Below, in pieces: positions 8,528-18,121 of a DNA stretch of 64,000 nucleotides. The notes under the pieces were generated by a model. That model saw only the letters and a program-made list of their open reading frames with translations, did not search any database and was not told where the DNA came from. The stretch is taken from IMG/VR virus record IMGVR_UViG_3300034106_003629, one strand, 5' to 3'. The stretch's first letter is position 1; each line of letters begins with the position of its first letter. Made by a program: the position numbers and the translations under genes. Source of the DNA: an uncultured virus (IMG/VR IMGVR_UViG_3300034106_003629) (Duplodnaviria > Heunggongvirae > Uroviricota > Caudoviricetes).

Positions 8528-8763
8528 TTAATAATATTATTTTCTTTTAAATATCTTGCAGTATCTGTACATCCACCAAGGTGTTTATCATCCATAATTA
8601 CTTGAGGAAAAGTTGATCCTGAACCAAACTCAGCATAAAATTCCTCACGATTAAAATCTCTACCAAGTTTATATACTACATGTTGAAGTTCTGCTACTTT
8701 AAGTAGTTGTTCAATTTTGTTGCAGTATGGGCAACCGTCCTTAGAATATACTGTAAATTTCAT
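8524..8763 (-). CDS. Glutaredoxin
   Basis: CPYC, TFPQV, LGGCTD. Confidence 0.95.
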   Translation of the reverse strand: MKFTVYSKDGCPYCNKIEQLLKVAELQHVVYKLGRDFNREEFYAEFGSGSTFPQVIMDDKHLGGCTDTARYLKENNIIN

Positions 8764-8765
8764 TA

Positions 8766-9422
8766 TTACCTATGAGTTGTTTTTCCTAATGCGACAATGT
8801 TTACATTCGTTGAAGTAGACTTGACAAAAATAATCTCCCCTGCGCCCAACTTAATATCGTCTTGACAGAAAAAGTGTCCAGGTTCTACTCTTTGATTATA
8901 CACCAAATAATGATTGGAGCCAATAGTAGTTCCAATACCAACACTTACTTCAACATAATCTGGAGAAGTGTTTGTAATATACAGATTAGCGTCAGTTTCT
9001 ACCATCGATACTGGTAGATTAAACACAGTCTGACCTGCACCTATTTTTAAACTTGTTGATGGACTGAATGCTGATATAATTCCACAAACAGTGGTTGTTA
9101 AACCAACTTCAGATCCACGAAAACTAAATTTTACACCTGGAGAATCTGCACGTACCACAACAGATTCACCATTCTTTAAAAATATTCCATCAGATATAAA
9201 TCTATCACCAGTTGGTATTAAATGATTATATATAATGTAATCTGATATTGCTAGGTCGTTTATATTAGCGGTTCCCAGAACTGCAACCCTAATTTTTACT
9301 GGAACAGAACTCATATTAACAGCGTAAACTTTACCTTCTACAAAATTCGATGAAGGTGATGTGTAAAGTATATGAGCAAAATTATCTGTGGTTGGGTATG
9401 ATGCTAGAGATCCAAACGCCAT
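8766..9422 (-). CDS. Putative virion protein with two tandem beta-rich repeats
   Basis: Internal duplication (YIIYN...LKNGESVVV / YLVYN...LGAGEIIFV); late-like ATAAATA upstream. Confidence 0.6.
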   Translation of the reverse strand: MAFGSLASYPTTDNFAHILYTSPSSNFVEGKVYAVNMSSVPVKIRVAVLGTANINDLAISDYIIYNHLIPTGDRFISDGIFLKNGESVVVRADSPGVKFSFRGSEVGLTTTVCGIISAFSPSTSLKIGAGQTVFNLPVSMVETDANLYITNTSPDYVEVSVGIGTTIGSNHYLVYNQRVEPGHFFCQDDIKLGAGEIIFVKSTSTNVNIVALGKTTHR

Positions 9423-9473
9423 GGATATACTTTTAGACTTTTTTATGTTATTATTTATTATAATAGGAAAATT

Positions 9474-10286
9474 ATGATCATACTTACTGGTTCGTCAGGA
9501 TTTATTGGAAGTCATTTTGCAAATAAGTTAAATACTGGTGAAGATATACTTTTAATTGATCAAGAAGATTCTTGGCGTCTGTTTAAAGATTTTGATGATT
9601 GGAAAAATGTCAGTCTAATCCTTCATCAAGGGGCAATTTCATCAACTACAGAAAAGGATTTACAAAAACTTTGGCACTATAATGTAGCCTTTTCATGCGC
9701 CCTTTTAAACAAAGCAATTGAATATGAGATTCCAGTGAAGTATGCTTCGTCAGCATCAGTTTATGGCAATCAAAGTATTCATCAAACAAAAGGATCAATC
9801 AATCCTTTAAATCAATATGCCATTTCAAAACTACAGGTTGATTATACAGTCTTAGATAACATAGAAAAATTTCCTCTTGTGCAGGGATTTAGGTACTTTA
9901 ATGTATATGGTGATGGAGAAGACCACAAAGGTAACCAAGCAAGTCCTGTAAGTAAATTTACAAAGGAAGTTAAAGAATCTGGTCAATTGAATCTTTTTGA
10001 AGGTTCTGATCGCTTCCTGAGAGACTTTGTGTGCGTTGATGACGTTGTTAATATTGTTCTCCATAACAACGCTGGAAGCGGCATCTACGACCTTGGAACA
10101 GGGTCTCCAGTATCATTTAAACATGTTGCAGAGTTAGTTGCAAAAAAAGAGAATGGCACTATTAATACCATTCCCTTTCCAGATCATTTAAAAGGCAAAT
10201 ACCAAACATATACATGTGCAGATATGAAGTGGATTGGTAATTATAAATTTAAAAGTATTGAAGAATATATTAATCTCCCAGAATAA
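9474..10286 (+). CDS. hldD: ADP-L-glycero-D-manno-heptose 6-epimerase
   Basis: TGSSGFIGS, HQGAISSTTE, YASSASVYG, PLNQYAISK, FRYFNVYG, RDFV, YQTYTCAD. Confidence 0.9.
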   Translation: MIILTGSSGFIGSHFANKLNTGEDILLIDQEDSWRLFKDFDDWKNVSLILHQGAISSTTEKDLQKLWHYNVAFSCALLNKAIEYEIPVKYASSASVYGNQSIHQTKGSINPLNQYAISKLQVDYTVLDNIEKFPLVQGFRYFNVYGDGEDHKGNQASPVSKFTKEVKESGQLNLFEGSDRFLRDFVCVDDVVNIVLHNNAGSGIYDLGTGSPVSFKHVAELVAKKENGTINTIPFPDHLKGKYQTYTCADMKWIGNYKFKSIEEYINLPE

Positions 10287-10623
10287 TCCTGTAACTATCT
10301 TCTTCAAAATGCTCCGTAGAAAATTCAAATAATTCAGAATCTTCTAGAGCAATCATCTGATGCTTAAGACCCACAGAAACATGAAATGCATCTCCTGGTT
10401 CTAATATTTTCATGTTTGCTTTTGCTAAATCATCATCCCATCCATACCACAAATATATTTTGCCACTCTGTAAATAAAATGTTTCTTCTTTAATCTTATG
10501 ATAATGCCAAGAACATCTCTTATTTCTTTCAAAAAATAAAAGTTTACCACAATACCTTTCATTATTGACTATCCATTTTTCATATCCCCATCCTTTGGGG
10601 ACAAACTTATTTAAAGAAGTCAT
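10270..10623 (-). CDS. Cupin sugar-phosphate isomerase-like protein
   Basis: KGWGYE, SWHYHKIKEETF, LEPGD...HQM. Confidence 0.8.
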   Translation of the reverse strand: MTSLNKFVPKGWGYEKWIVNNERYCGKLLFFERNKRCSWHYHKIKEETFYLQSGKIYLWYGWDDDLAKANMKILEPGDAFHVSVGLKHQMIALEDSELFEFSTEHFEEDSYRIILGD

Positions 10624-10939
10624 CTGAATTTATTGCTTTATCATCTATATAGTAGTCCGCAGATGGCTTACCCATAATAAGATAATGATATTTGCATCCC
10701 CAAATTCTTAATTGAAGTTCAGTAAAGTCTTTCCACCTTGCAGAAGCAAGTTTAGCGTCATCTTGATATGTTCCCATACCTCTTGCAGTAAAATATTTGA
10801 TTATATGACCTTCATCATATAATTTGTTTATCCTTTCAATATTTTCTATTATAGGAACAGATGACTCATATTTACAAGTTTTGCATATCCCATTTTGTTT
10901 AGCAATTACACCATCAATATCAATACAATATGTTTTCAT
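10607..10939 (-). CDS. Small HAD-family phosphatase
   Basis: DIDG, FTARG, GKP...YIDDK. Confidence 0.85.
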   Translation of the reverse strand: MKTYCIDIDGVIAKQNGICKTCKYESSVPIIENIERINKLYDEGHIIKYFTARGMGTYQDDAKLASARWKDFTELQLRIWGCKYHYLIMGKPSADYYIDDKAINSDDFFK

Positions 10940-10958
10940 TTTAATATACCTCCAAGTA

Positions 10959-12035
10959 TTATATGTTTGAGTGATATGTAAATTGAGCATATCCAAGAGA
11001 TGTCCCTTCATCTCCACACATTGGTTCTATGTATAATTCAACATCTTTTGGAAGAATATTTAGATATTCGTAGTTAGCAACACAATTTAAAGCACACCCA
11101 CCACTCAAGACTATTTTTTTTATTCCAGTAAACTGATAAGATTTTAAAATTAAATTTGACATATATGATTCAAAATCCTTTTGCATTCTATATGCTAAAT
11201 TTGCTGCTATTTTAAATTTATTTTTATTGTTCATCCATATACTAGCATCATTTGCACCAAAGTCAATATAATCATATGGAATTAGATTGGCACCAAATGT
11301 AGACTTATAGAATAATTTAGAATTTATTGTGCCATCTAAATTTAAAAAAGATTTAATATTGGGATCATATTCACCATATGACGATAATCCCATCAATTTT
11401 CCAGAATTTTGAGATCCAAGACCAAGATGAGATGCAACTGCAGGATATGCCATGCCAATACCCATATCCCACTCACCATGATGCTCGGAATTATTCTTTG
11501 ATATAGTACTATATTTTAAACTAGTACCACAATGTATTAAATTAAATTTATCTGGATACTCTACAATATATACAGATTCAAATTCATGGTCGTCCAAATT
11601 ACCAAATCCAGTTGTAGTTTCATTTCCAAGACCATCAACTACAATTACTACAGCTTTATCAAATCCAGAATTATAAAATCCAGTGCAGGCATGTAAAATA
11701 TGATGCTTATCAGATATAGACATCATATTAGTCAATTGATTTAAATTATTATAACCAATTTTGTTGGTCATAACTTTTGTAATAACGTTCCTATAAAATG
11801 CCCACATATCGTCAACAATATGTTGATACTTTTTTGAATAGTAGGATAGAGAACAAAAACAATAATTATCATATTCAAAAAATTTATGGGATAAAAATTC
11901 AAATACTTTTGAAGGCCACCCATCTTTTTTTATCCTACTAAGTCTCTCTTCACTTAAATGTGTATCAATTTTTCCAGTACCATCAACTATAGTAATTGAA
12001 GCATCATGACTCAGATTAATTCCAATGTAATTCAT
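10959..12035 (-). CDS. Carbamoyltransferase N-terminal (Kae1-like) domain only
   Basis: HDAS, EERLSR, HHILHA, VDGLG, GKLMGLSSYG, SGGCALN, GDEG; stops before the C-terminal domain. Confidence 0.85.
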   Translation of the reverse strand: MNYIGINLSHDASITIVDGTGKIDTHLSEERLSRIKKDGWPSKVFEFLSHKFFEYDNYCFCSLSYYSKKYQHIVDDMWAFYRNVITKVMTNKIGYNNLNQLTNMMSISDKHHILHACTGFYNSGFDKAVVIVVDGLGNETTTGFGNLDDHEFESVYIVEYPDKFNLIHCGTSLKYSTISKNNSEHHGEWDMGIGMAYPAVASHLGLGSQNSGKLMGLSSYGEYDPNIKSFLNLDGTINSKLFYKSTFGANLIPYDYIDFGANDASIWMNNKNKFKIAANLAYRMQKDFESYMSNLILKSYQFTGIKKIVLSGGCALNCVANYEYLNILPKDVELYIEPMCGDEGTSLGYAQFTYHSNI

Positions 12036-12805
12036 AATCCCTCAATATCAGATTCAGTAAGAACGTAGCATCCATAATTTTGAACTGCTATTGCAGATGC
12101 TTTGTTTGCAATAACAATAGCAGAAGTAATATCTTGATATCTCAAATAAGCATAAGTCAATGCAGATAAAAAAGTATCTCCAGCACCAACTACATCAAAT
12201 ACATTTACTTTTTCCGTAAAATAAAGGTTATCCATATATGATGCTCCATTTTCACCAAGAGTGATAATAAGATTTTCTTTATCTGGTTTTTTTAAAAGTC
12301 TACTATATTCCTTTTGATTAATTTTAAAAAATACATTTGGATAACTAAACAACGAGGTTTTTTTAGTATCAATAAAAACTGGTCCAGAAAAATTTTGGCA
12401 AAAAACCTCCAGATCATTAGTTGTTAAATACCCCTTATCATAATCAGATATTACAACAGCATCATATTGCATGTGAAGAAATGCAGATTTAACTTCAGAT
12501 ACTCTAAGTGGATCAACTTTATCTTCATCATCAATCCTAAGTAATTGTTGATTGCTATTTTTATCTACTATTCGCCTTTTAATAATACGATTTTTATTTG
12601 TAATATGATTTACAAATACTCCAAAAGATTCTAAATTTTTTTTGACATTTGCAGACATACCTAAAGAGGTTTCTGTTCTCTCATAACTTAGAACAGGAAC
12701 AGGAGCTTCTGGACTAATTCTATCTACTGTTCCATAAACATATTCATCCTCACAGGTTTCCCCGATCAATAATACTTTGAATTGTTTTTGTTGTTGAATA
12801 TCCAT
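12032..12805 (-). CDS. hldA: Heptose-7-phosphate kinase (HldA / RfaE domain I, PfkB family)
   Basis: RISPEAPVPV, QQLLRID, SDYDKG, DVVGAGDTF. Confidence 0.9.
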   Translation of the reverse strand: MDIQQQKQFKVLLIGETCEDEYVYGTVDRISPEAPVPVLSYERTETSLGMSANVKKNLESFGVFVNHITNKNRIIKRRIVDKNSNQQLLRIDDEDKVDPLRVSEVKSAFLHMQYDAVVISDYDKGYLTTNDLEVFCQNFSGPVFIDTKKTSLFSYPNVFFKINQKEYSRLLKKPDKENLIITLGENGASYMDNLYFTEKVNVFDVVGAGDTFLSALTYAYLRYQDITSAIVIANKASAIAVQNYGCYVLTESDIEGL

Positions 12806-13163
12806 GAATTCTATCGAAAAATTTTAATTGTTTTGCATATTCGCTTCCGATTACTTTTTTATTTTTATAATCGCTGCCTACAATCATTATATCGGGATTA
12901 AATCCTTTTATCAAATTTTCCAACTCTTCATCAGTAGAAAACAATTCAACTTGGTCAACAGGTTTTAACATCCTTAAAAAGAATCTGCGTTCATCTTGAT
13001 TATGTATTGGTCTGAATTGACCTTTTTTTTCCTTTACTCTTTCATCAGTGTCTATGGCAACGATCAAATAATCACCATAGGACTTTGCAAAGTTTAATAA
13101 TTGCAAGTGTCCCAGGTGTAAAATATCAAAAGTTCCATTAACAAAGATTTTTTTCATAATCAA
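12750..13163 (-). CDS. hldC: Heptose-1-phosphate nucleotidyltransferase (HldC / RfaE domain II)
   Basis: NGTFDILHLGH, KGQFRPI, GSDY, STTKTI. Confidence 0.88.
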   Translation of the reverse strand: MIMKKIFVNGTFDILHLGHLQLLNFAKSYGDYLIVAIDTDERVKEKKGQFRPIHNQDERRFFLRMLKPVDQVELFSTDEELENLIKGFNPDIMIVGSDYKNKKVIGSEYAKQLKFFDRIHGYSTTKTIQSIIDRGNL

Positions 13164-14965
13164 TCAGTATTTTTTACTACAATTAACCTATTATATTCTG
13201 GAAGATATAGGTATTCAATTTTAGAATTTGCAAGTGTGCGAAGAGCATCATCTAAAGTTTCAACCAAAGGTTCTCCACCTAAATTAAATGATGTATTAAA
13301 AATTATTGGGCATCCAGTTTGATTATAAAATTCATTAATTAATCCATAATAATGGAGATTAACATCTTCAGTAACTGTTTGGATTCTACAAGTACCATCA
13401 ACATGAATAATTGCAGGTATTTTTTCTTCAATTCCATCCTGACACTTAACAGCATACATCATAAATGGAGTATCTTCCATTCCACGAAGATCAAACCAAT
13501 CATGAACATGCTCTTTAAGAATTGACCCAGCAAATGGGCGGAAGTATTCTCTTCGTTTTACAAGATTTACATGGTCTTTACCATTTAGGTCTCTTGGATC
13601 ATATAGAATAGATCGATTACCCAGTGCTCTAGGTCCCGCTTCCGATTTCCCTTGGAACAAAGCAACAATATTTTTTTCAGTAATTAATTTTACAACATCA
13701 CTATACTGAACTCCTTCAATTATTTTAGTAGCACCATATTTGTTACAGGTGTCTTCAATTTCTTCATCAGAATAATTATATTCTGGACCATAATATAGAT
13801 TAGTAATTCTATTCATAATATTCATATTACCATTTATTTGATGATGAATTAAAAGAGCTGCTCCAATTGCAGTTCCAGCATCATTACTGACAGGTTCAAC
13901 AAAAAGATTTATACCATCTTTTTTAAGTTTATCAAGATACCAGTAATTAGCAACACAATTTAATCCATATCCACCAGAAAGAACAACATTTTTATTACCA
14001 GAAATCTCAACGGCTTTATAAATCAAATCAAGAACCATTTGTTGAGATTCTACCTGAATGGCATATGCCAAATCTCTTCTATTTTGAAGTTTAGTTAAAT
14101 CCTCACAATCTTTGGGGGTGGTTAGAAATTCATATCGACCTTCATTAACAACAGCACCATTCGGATAAGTTGGAACTATAACATTTCTATCAGCAGTTTT
14201 CCAAGACCCACCACCACCATCAGTATAAATTTTTGGTACATTTTTATTTGGTTTTCCGTATGGGAATAAACCCATAGTTTTACCAGCTTCAATAGGTGCC
14301 CATCCACAATACTGAGTTACTGCTTCATATGCCTTTGTAATTCCAGCACTCTCATCAAGAATTAATTCATGAGTACCTTCTTCACCCTCACCGTCGCTGG
14401 GAAATTCTTTAATTTTAGCAGACCCCCAAGGACCTCTTCCCGCTTGGTGTTTATATAATGTTTTAAAATTTGCAGGATACCCACAAGAAAATATTGACTC
14501 CAACTCCCAAGTCATTTCTAATTCATTTTTTCTACCAAAGCTCATCGGGATGAATGTTCCAGCACCATCAACAACTAAAGACACAGCACTATCAAATCCA
14601 GATCTGTAAAAAGCACAGGCAGCATGTAATTTATGATGGGTTCTACTCAAATCAATTACTTGAGGATGATTATATGGATCTTCATTTCTACTAATCAGTC
14701 CAAGCTTTCTTGCAAGTCCCGTATAGATATCATCTCCAGTAAAATCAATTCTTCCAGAATCTCCAAGTGGTTGAGTATGTGCAATTACAAGATAGTCAAG
14801 TTTATCAGTATATTCTAATATCTTTACCATAGAGGCAAGAGGTCCACCATCATACTTATGCCTGGATAATCTCTCTTCTTCTATAGAAATAACCAGTTCA
14901 CCATCTTTAAGTAAACAAATGCCAGAGTTATGCCCTCTGGCAACAGCAGCAATCCATTGTGTCAT
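13160..14965 (-). CDS. Carbamoyltransferase (NodU/CmcH/TobZ family), full length
   Basis: EEERLSR, HHKLHA, GKTMGL, GPRALGNRS, REYFRPFA, HVDGTCRIQ, FNTSFN. Confidence 0.95.
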   Translation of the reverse strand: MTQWIAAVARGHNSGICLLKDGELVISIEEERLSRHKYDGGPLASMVKILEYTDKLDYLVIAHTQPLGDSGRIDFTGDDIYTGLARKLGLISRNEDPYNHPQVIDLSRTHHKLHAACAFYRSGFDSAVSLVVDGAGTFIPMSFGRKNELEMTWELESIFSCGYPANFKTLYKHQAGRGPWGSAKIKEFPSDGEGEEGTHELILDESAGITKAYEAVTQYCGWAPIEAGKTMGLFPYGKPNKNVPKIYTDGGGGSWKTADRNVIVPTYPNGAVVNEGRYEFLTTPKDCEDLTKLQNRRDLAYAIQVESQQMVLDLIYKAVEISGNKNVVLSGGYGLNCVANYWYLDKLKKDGINLFVEPVSNDAGTAIGAALLIHHQINGNMNIMNRITNLYYGPEYNYSDEEIEDTCNKYGATKIIEGVQYSDVVKLITEKNIVALFQGKSEAGPRALGNRSILYDPRDLNGKDHVNLVKRREYFRPFAGSILKEHVHDWFDLRGMEDTPFMMYAVKCQDGIEEKIPAIIHVDGTCRIQTVTEDVNLHYYGLINEFYNQTGCPIIFNTSFNLGGEPLVETLDDALRTLANSKIEYLYLPEYNRLIVVKNTD

Positions 14966-14975
14966 ATATTATTCC

Positions 14976-16100
14976 TCACTTAAGATTTTTTAGAACGTCA
15001 GTTACTTGAGAATTTAAATTTGAATTTGAAGATGTATTTTGAAGTTGATTCAAAAATCCTTTAGATTTTTTAATCATAGGTTTATTATTGCCAGAAGGCA
15101 AGTTTAATGGGGGAGTTGTTGGTTGAGTGTTTCTGGTATTATTATAATTTGTATAGGCAACAGATTTGCCCATTCTTTTACGAACAGATTCAATGACAGT
15201 TTTTATCTGTTCTTTTGTCATTTCCATTGCCTGATCATTATATCTATCAACTTCCTCATCCATAGAAATTCTAATTGGGGCATATTTCCTTCTATCAAAT
15301 CCAATATCAATTATATCAAAATCTTTACTATTTGGATAAGATATATTAATTGGATATGTAGAACCAGTTACAACGGTTGCAGTTTTACCAAATGCCTTTG
15401 CAATATGTTGTCCAACACTATCACACCCCAAGAAATGGTCTGCAGCATTTATAATTCCAGCCCAAAGTCTAATGTCCGTGATTTGGGGTCTGGCAACTTT
15501 ATAATTAGAATTTTCTTCATTCTCTTCTAGTGGAAAATGAACTTCACTCATAATAACAATACCATAATCCTTCTTAAGTTCATTGATAATATCAACAATA
15601 CTTGTTAAAGAAAAACTTCTTGAGGATGGATCAGCAATAAAATCACTTCCTACTTGTTCAATAGATCTACCAAAAGGTTGGACAACTAGTACTTTATCTT
15701 TCCCAGTTACTGTTTTAACTTCTTCTATAGTATTAAATCCAGTAATTGCTTCCATCTTGCTCAAATGTATAGATGGATCTTTAAGTTCTCTTGGTTCATC
15801 AAGATTATTAATGATAATATCAAAAGCTTGAGACAAGCTACATTTTTGATTATAGTAATTCCACTCTCTATAGGGTTCAGGACTTACACAATCTCTAGGT
15901 TTAATATATTCTTCAAAAAGTCCCTTATGCCAATTGTCATAAACTTTATTATGAAGTACGGGATGTCCCTTAAAAAAATCTGTTCCCCCCTCACAAACAA
16001 TTATAAAATCATCATGGGTTTCTGCATATTTTTCAAGTGCAGGGATAGAACAAACAACTCTGCCAGCTCCACCATTAATAAAAAATGCTTTTGATCTCAT
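14976..16100 (-). CDS. GT9 (heptosyltransferase)-like glycosyltransferase
   Basis: GGAGRVVCSIPAL N-terminus; IINAADHFLGCDSVGQHIAKAFGK resembles the GT9 DSG-x-H-A motif. Confidence 0.65.
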   Translation of the reverse strand: MRSKAFFINGGAGRVVCSIPALEKYAETHDDFIIVCEGGTDFFKGHPVLHNKVYDNWHKGLFEEYIKPRDCVSPEPYREWNYYNQKCSLSQAFDIIINNLDEPRELKDPSIHLSKMEAITGFNTIEEVKTVTGKDKVLVVQPFGRSIEQVGSDFIADPSSRSFSLTSIVDIINELKKDYGIVIMSEVHFPLEENEENSNYKVARPQITDIRLWAGIINAADHFLGCDSVGQHIAKAFGKTATVVTGSTYPINISYPNSKDFDIIDIGFDRRKYAPIRISMDEEVDRYNDQAMEMTKEQIKTVIESVRKRMGKSVAYTNYNNTRNTQPTTPPLNLPSGNNKPMIKKSKGFLNQLQNTSSNSNLNSQVTDVLKNLK

Positions 16101-16140
16101 TAGATAACCTCAGTTAAAAATTATTAATCCTGTGTATTTA

Positions 16141-16746
16141 TTACATGAACATGATCTGGACTAATCGATCATGATTTTTAAACATATTTCTATCCATAAT
16201 GGCTCCATGAACCATATTTGCATCATACAATACTGCCTTATTATACTCCATTTTTGAGGCATATTCAATCTTTGTTCTGTCATATTTTTCATCATATGAA
16301 TAAAATTCAGTACCACCAGCACATTCATTTGGGGTATTTAAATACACAACACAAGCCCATTTATTATCTGGACCATCAACATGGGCAATATATTCCCTTC
16401 CATCTTCTATTATTTCTTTATTGTTTGTGACATTAACCATAAACCTCATTCCAGACCAACGATATTCGTGATGTTTTTTTTCAAATTTAATGTGCCATCC
16501 AGAATGACTGCACAATTGTTCAAACACATCCTTCATAAAAAAAGATAATCTCAAATCATCCTCACATACTCTACGACCTATAGAATATGCTAAGAGATCT
16601 TGATTATCTTTTTTTGTATATTTTTTTGATTTTAATGCATACTCACGAACACCATCTGGATTAAGATAAAAATTTTTTATCTCAAATAATTGCTTTCCAT
16701 TAACAACTTTAATTTTTACATTTAAATTTGAATTTAATTCAAACAT
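16141..16746 (-). CDS. 2OG-Fe(II) oxygenase-like protein (DUF6445-like)
   Basis: NFYLNPD, AHVD, WACVVYL, GGTEFY, YNKAVLY...VH, RLVQ. Confidence 0.8.
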   Translation of the reverse strand: MFELNSNLNVKIKVVNGKQLFEIKNFYLNPDGVREYALKSKKYTKKDNQDLLAYSIGRRVCEDDLRLSFFMKDVFEQLCSHSGWHIKFEKKHHEYRWSGMRFMVNVTNNKEIIEDGREYIAHVDGPDNKWACVVYLNTPNECAGGTEFYSYDEKYDRTKIEYASKMEYNKAVLYDANMVHGAIMDRNMFKNHDRLVQIMFM

Positions 16747-17282
16747 TACAATAAAGGAATAGAACCATAATTTTTAGTCGGCATATTAAGTTCATAGCAA
16801 CTTTCTGGCATTACATCAAATCCAATAGTAATTCGTTTACCAGAATATTTTGATTTATTAACTACTCTATGGCGTATATTACCACGTCCAAAATATATAT
16901 TTCCTACTTCATTTTCAATGTTCCAATCTCCAAATTCAGTAGTTGTATCCTGAGGTTCTATTGAAACATACCCATGATAAGGTGCCGAATGATTGTGCCA
17001 ATCTAATACTTGATCATAATCATGATAATTTAACCAAGATTGCATCCAAACTTTATCTTCTTTTATATTTTCTCTGATTATATCATTTAGTTTTTTAAAA
17101 ATATTCCAAAAATGAATGGATGGAGAAGATACACTAAAGATATTATACAAATAATAATTCCAAGTAGTATCTCCAAATCCATCAGAAAGCAAAGATTGGT
17201 GGCAAAAACTTGCCACCTTTATAATCTCTGCTTGATTTTCTTTTATATAATCAAATTTGTATAATTTATAATCTTGATTCAT
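16746..17282 (-). CDS. 2OG-Fe(II) oxygenase-like protein
   Basis: SWLN, WHNH, HRV, RITIGFD. Confidence 0.7.
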   Translation of the reverse strand: MNQDYKLYKFDYIKENQAEIIKVASFCHQSLLSDGFGDTTWNYYLYNIFSVSSPSIHFWNIFKKLNDIIRENIKEDKVWMQSWLNYHDYDQVLDWHNHSAPYHGYVSIEPQDTTTEFGDWNIENEVGNIYFGRGNIRHRVVNKSKYSGKRITIGFDVMPESCYELNMPTKNYGSIPLL

Positions 17283-17300
17283 ATTAAAAATAAAGCAAAA

Positions 17301-18011
17301 TCAAATAGTTAATCCACCATTAGTTGGTTCTTTTATTGCGTCTGGATTTTCTGGGAACATATAGTATGCAATATTAGGAGGAACTCCATTAGATTGCATT
17401 ATTTCTGGAAAATCTCTTAACTTCTGACGATATTCCTTCCAAGCATCCTTCAATGTTTGTGGCATATCTTCAGTAACTCTACCATCTGTTCCTTGTAAGT
17501 GACCATCTCTGTGGCGTCTAATATCATCCCAAGTTAGATCAGTATCTCTGTCCAATAATTTTTGAATTACTGTCCAGGTTTTAATTGTAAGTTCACCATC
17601 AACAACTTTTACGGAGTACTTATCATAAATATCACCAGGCATTAATGGTGTTTGATAGGTAAATTGAGGAAATCCATCAATTTCTGGAGATTGTTCATGT
17701 ACAACTTCTCCAGTATATTGCTCTTCTAATTCATTTATTGGTTGTCCTCTTAATTGACAAATCAAAGGATTTGTTGTGCAGTCAACCTCAAACCATTCTA
17801 CAACATCCTCTGGCATTGGTCTGCCGTCAAGGATATCATCTTCGATCAATGGACCATACTTTTCTGTTCCATCTTCACCAATTTGAAGATAGATTTTATC
17901 TGGACCATCATATGCAGATGTTCTAGTGTTTCCTTCGCTAAATGAATGATCTACCAAAAAATTATTAGGTAATGGTAGTTCATATTCTACGTGAATGATC
18001 TCTGTTGCCAT
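17301..18011 (-). CDS. Tail fibre assembly chaperone-like protein
   Basis: WDDIRRHRD..L..TD...WKEYRQKLRDFP; late promoter upstream. Confidence 0.75.
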   Translation of the reverse strand: MATEIIHVEYELPLPNNFLVDHSFSEGNTRTSAYDGPDKIYLQIGEDGTEKYGPLIEDDILDGRPMPEDVVEWFEVDCTTNPLICQLRGQPINELEEQYTGEVVHEQSPEIDGFPQFTYQTPLMPGDIYDKYSVKVVDGELTIKTWTVIQKLLDRDTDLTWDDIRRHRDGHLQGTDGRVTEDMPQTLKDAWKEYRQKLRDFPEIMQSNGVPPNIAYYMFPENPDAIKEPTNGGLTI

Positions 18012-18049
18012 AATAGTTTCTGTTTTGTTCAGGTTTTCTCCCTCGTTAA

Positions 18050-18057
18050 TATTTATA
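18050..18057 (-). promoter_or_regulatory. T4-type late promoter
   Basis: TATAAATA. Confidence 0.75.
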
Positions 18058-18121
18058 ATAAAAAAAGGTATGGTTTCCCATACCCCAATAAAACTTCCTT
18101 CACACGGATATATTTATTATA

